DNA of 64,000 nucleotides from Prorocentrum cordatum (lineage: Eukaryota): assembly GCA_963575745.1 (NCBI GenBank), contig CAUYUJ010000001.1:744001-808000 (forward strand), given 5' to 3'. Under the pieces are notes generated by a model. The model saw nothing but the letters and a program-made list of their open reading frames with translations. It made no database searches and was not told the DNA's origin. Shown piece after piece: positions 59,622 through 64,000 of this stretch. Position numbers and translations under genes: made by a program. Every line of letters starts with the position of its first letter. Positions within the stretch are counted from its first letter, which is position 1.

Positions 59622-62299
59622 TGTATACATATATATATATATATACATAGATAATATATATACACACATATATATATATGTACCGTTGGAGACTGGGACA
59701 CGTACGCCTCCCCAGGCCCCCCTCCGCGCCGTGACAGGGAGGCAAGGCGGCGGGACAAGGCCACCGTGGCGAAAAACAGTGGTGTGATGGACAGAGCGGG
59801 TCCTGGAGGCTTTTGTCGCTTTCGAACTCTTAGGGCCTCGGGGTTGCCAAAGCAGGACTCTGGATGGAAAGCTGGCCCTGAGGCCCTGGGGAAAGCCCTT
59901 GAGTCCAGGCTCGGCTTCTCCCAGGACCCCTTTCCCTCAGTTGCCAGTCTGTGGGCAGTTATCCTTATGATGGCCACCACCTCATTTCGATGCCGATCTT
60001 AAGGATTCCCGAAGTTTCTGAGGGCGCACCCCTGAGATTGTCATCGCCTTTGGGCTTGCCAAGTCGAGGGTTAGGGATAAGCTCGAGGCTGCTTATTCGT
60101 GCCAAGGCCACCTCCCTGAGGGCTGCCAGAGCCGAGGGTGCCTCCCGCTTTGGCGCCCTGGCCTTGGGCGAATGCCCACATCCCTCATCGCCCGCCCGTT
60201 GCGCAAGCCTTGATTGCGCACGCCCTCCCTGCTCGAGCTCCTTCGCTGACCACATGTGCCTCAGACGGTGCTTTGCTGCCCTCGCTGGCATTGCTGGCAA
60301 GTGCGTCAGAAGAGCCTTGCTGAAATATCAGTACTGTCATCTGTGCACCGTTGCCCCCGATCGACCTGCGCAGTACTTGGCGAGGCCGTCCAGGATGGCC
60401 CTTGGCGTGCGCGACGCGGTCTTGACTCGACGCGTCACATTGACCTTGCCAGTGCCGCGAAGAGCCCATGAGAGCCCGTTCAGCACGACCACCCAAGGCT
60501 CGCCGACGCTGCAGCAGACGAGCCGCCACAGCCACGGCGTGGAAAGAGGAGGACAGTGCAGGTGCGCGTTGTAAACCGAGCCGCCTGCAAGCACCTCAGG
60601 ATATACGTCCCTCCTCTCCCCCCCCTCCTGATGCTCCACCCTTTCCTCCTTGTCCTATTTCGTCCCCGGTGCCGGATGCGGTGGCGGCGGCTTTCTGTGG
60701 ATGGCGTGTTCGATGAGCGCACTCCGTACCGTACACGCTGCTCGCCTGACCGCCAGGGCTGCCCAGTTCCGGCAAGCAGCCCAGGAATTGTCAAAAGCCT
60801 TTCCTCCTACGTCTTGACATCCCTGTGCGCCCCGTCCTCGGCCGCAGACACTTTGAGGCGTTCTTGGCTTCTTCTTTGTTTATCATGTAGTGGGATGCTG
60901 TTCGCACCTGAGTGCGTCGCCTGGTCTCCGCAGTGCGGCCGGCCAGGCGTTGACTCGCTTCCTTCGCTGATTTCATCACATCTCCTCCCTCCTTTGGCAT
61001 GTCGCCGTCGATGGCGTCGTGTGTGAAGTTCCCAGATTGTCCGGAGGTGCTCCCTCCCACGCCGCCGTCCACGTTGGTCCACGTTGTGTGGTTCCCCCTC
61101 CAAAAACGCGTTCTCGATTGCACGCGCAGGCTTCAAATAAACATTCCACTTTTCCCGGCTGCTCATGGGCAGCTGTGTAGTCGTTCATGTGAGCTTTCGT
61201 GAGTTACGTTGTAATTATCTGTCCTTTCTTGCAGAGTCCGTTACACTTCCGCGTCGCTTTCGTGTCCCCGCGGCCTCTGTGCTCTGATGGCGCTAGACCC
61301 ACGGCCTCGCGCGTCGCGCGTGGGCCGCAGCACGAAGGCTCTCATAAATGGTTGCACAAGGGCAGCTCCTCCCTGAGGACTGCCGCTGCGGTTGGCCGCG
61401 GTCTGTGCACTCAGACGGGATCTCGTTGCCTCGTGCAGTCGTGCCTTCGGTTGCGCTGAGCCGCTTGCCCCTGGTGCCCCCTCCATCTCTCGCGCCTAGG
61501 ATACAACTCCTGGGATGTGAAGTTCTGAAACGGCGATGGTGTATCCCTGGGCGGAAATTTGCCGAATCCGGTTTAATCCCGCATAATCCGGCACAGTCCT
61601 AGTTAATCCAAACGAATCCCGCTTATCCGAATGAATCCCAAGCTTAATATGGCCTGGTCTGGCCCAATGGCCACTTCATGGGGCTTACTTGACAGCCCTT
61701 TCTCGTTCTGGCGAAGACCTGCCAGGAGTTGCCTCCTAATTTCGCGCGGCGAGCGTCCCTCCCACAAGGACATGCTGCCCGCGAAGCGCCCGAGGGACGA
61801 GGGCGACGCCCAGCCGGCGGCGCTTTGGGGTGGTGCGTGACCCGGTGGGCAGGCGGGGGCGATAGGTGGCCGTCCAGTCCATATCTCCGACGATCTGTTT
61901 TGTTGAGCAGTGTGTTAGTTTCAAGATTTCGGTTTTCGGGCCCGTGATCGGGCCCGTGGAATCTGAAATTGCTCCGGGACGAAAAATTGCCCTCCGGGAA
62001 TGGGTCTGGGATCCTTGGAGCCACGGATTGAACAAATAACATTGGCGGATGTCTGGGAAGAGGGGGTTGGGGACTCGGGGGCTGCGAATATCATGCCCGG
62101 GGCCATAAGATCTCCCTGATTTCGTGGCTAATTACTCTTCATCTTCAAGCGAATGCGCGTACAGAAATATAGGACTCCCCATTGGAGCAACAAAGTGTTT
62201 CAACATGTCTGAAGAGATATCTTTCCGGTTGTGAAAACTACCCCGAGCAGTGCCTGCACTCAGGGGCGCCGTACTTCTGTTCGAAGTAACTGGGCATTG

Positions 62300-62690
62300 G
62301 TGTCGGTCTGGCGGCTCCATGCTCGCCGTCGCCGCCCCGACGCCGCCTCGTCGCCGCCCGTCGTCAGGGCATGGGTCTCGGTCTGTCGGCTCCGTGCTCG
62401 CCGTCGCCGCCCCGTCGCCGCCCGTCGTCTGGGCCTGGGTGTCGGTCTGGCGGCTCCGTGCTCGCCGTCGCCGCCCCGTCGCCGCCCGTCGTCAGGGCCT
62501 GGGTGTCGGTCTGGCGGCTCCATGCTCGCCGTCGCCGCCCCGACGCCCCCCCGTCGCCGCCCGTCGTCTGGGCCTGGGGGTCGGTCTGGCGGCTCCGTGC
62601 TTGCCGTCGCCGTGCCGTCGCCGCCTCGTCGCCGCCCGTCGTCTGGGCGTGGTTGTCGGTCTGGCGGCTCCGTGCTTGCCGTCGCCGCCC
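62300..62690. repeat. ~57-65-bp tandem repeat, ~6 copies
   Basis: GGTGTCGGTCTGGCGGCTCCGTGCTCGCCGTCGCCGCCCCGTCGCCGCCCGTCGTC units. Confidence 0.9.
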
Positions 62691-63049
62691 AATCGCCCTC
62701 TAGATTGTACAACGTAGATATACTGCACAGCATAGATGCTCCTAGTATAAAAGAATTCGGATCTCGCCCCCCCGGGATGATCGGTACCTTCTTGGGGTGC
62801 GCAATTTACAGATGGCCTTGCCCCATCGGTCATTCTAAATCTGAATCCATACTATCCCAGGCGAGCCAGTATCGAATCCCCCCTTGTCTTTCTGATAAAC
62901 ATACCATCGGTGCACACTCTTTCGTATCCAAAGATATGTTCCAAGAATCGGTAGCCAAGAAAGTGCGCGCGCGTCGTCGCACGCGCATGCCTTAAACAAA
63001 TAATTTTTGAATAAAAAACCAGTCAGAAATTCAAAACCGAGTGCCTCGA

Positions 63050-63937
63050 CTAGCTTGCCGAAGGACCCACCTATATGAAGTTGTGCGTACCGCAATCGAC
63101 AATATCTTTTTCGTTGGCACTCCCTATGGGGCCACGAAACGTGTGAGGGGTGTGCCGAAATGGGTGCAGGGGACGCATGTGGACGGTAGCACTGGGGCCT
63201 TCGGTAGAGCTCCCTATGTGGCCACGAAACGTGCGAGGGGTGTGCCGAAATTGATGCGGGAGATGCATGTGAACGGTGGCACTGGGGCTTTCGGTGTCCC
63301 TATCAGGCCACGAAACGTGTGAGGGGTGTGCCGGAATGGGTGCGGGGGACGCATGTGGACGGTGACGCTGGTGCCTTCGGTAAAGCTCCCTGGGTGTGGG
63401 TGGCGCATGTGGACGGTGGCACGGGGCCTTCGGTGGAGCTCCCAATGGGGCCACGAAACGTGCGAGGGGTGTGCCGAAATGGGTGCGGAGGACGCATGTG
63501 GACGGTAGCACTGGGGCCTTCGGTGGAGCTCCCGATGGGGCCACGAAATTTGTGAGGGGTGTGCCGAAATTGATGCGGGGGACGCACGCGGACGATGACA
63601 TGTGGGCCTTCGGTGGAGCTCCCGATGGGGCCGCGACTCGTGTGAGGGGTGTGCCGGAAGGGGTGCAGAGGACGCATGTGGACGGTGGCACGGGGGCGTT
63701 CGGTGGACCTCTCTATGGGGCCACGAAACGTTTGAGGGGTGTGCCGAAGTGGGTGCGGGGGACGCCTGTGGACGGTGGCACTGGGGCCTTCGGTGGAGCT
63801 CCTTGTGTGGCCACGAAACATATGAGGGGTGGCCCGAAATGGGTGCGAGGGACGCATGTGGAAGGTAGCATGTGGGCCTTCGGTGGAGCTCCCTACGGTG
63901 CCACGAAACGTGTGAGGGGTGTGACGAAGACGATGGC

Positions 63938-63990
<53 letters not shown>

Positions 63991-64000
63991 GAATGTTAAT
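63050..64000 (+). mobile_element. Composite non-autonomous element, copy 3 (divergent subfamily, runs to window end)
   Basis: Head GCCGAAGGACCCACCTATATGAAGTTGTGCGTAC, ~9 x ~90-bp units sharing GGCCACGAAACGTGTGAGGGGTGTGCCGAAAT, then (GAT)n. Confidence 0.75.

Overview
Eukaryotic, GC-rich and microsatellite-dense DNA. GC/GA splice donors, AG|G junctions and degenerate spliced-leader relics suggest a dinoflagellate (Prorocentrum-like); this is an inference. (1) 1-11.1 kb: three tandem minus-strand intron-containing genes: a CMC/CACTA-like DDE transposase running off the left edge and two proteins of unknown function. A densely base-paired ~200-nt minus-strand segment lies between the transposase and its neighbour. 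Together these may be one large multigene DNA transposon. (2) 11.9-18.4 kb, the most striking feature: an intronless Ty3/Gypsy-type retroelement polyprotein with the order integrase - SH3-like - C5-cytosine-methyltransferase-like - RT (ending just after YIDD) - hydrophobic/TM segment - SWIM zinc finger - coiled coil - PLD (Nuc/Zucchini-like) nuclease. The last part is separated only by a 2-nt slip in a (GC)n run. (3) ~22-57 kb: a plus-strand Ala/Leu-rich host gene with small exons. Its long introns contain MITEs, a foldback element, a truncated LINE, an SL-bearing retrocopy, and composite satellite+microsatellite elements. No rRNA, tRNA or CRISPR array is supported. All domain calls were made by eye from motifs; no searches were run.
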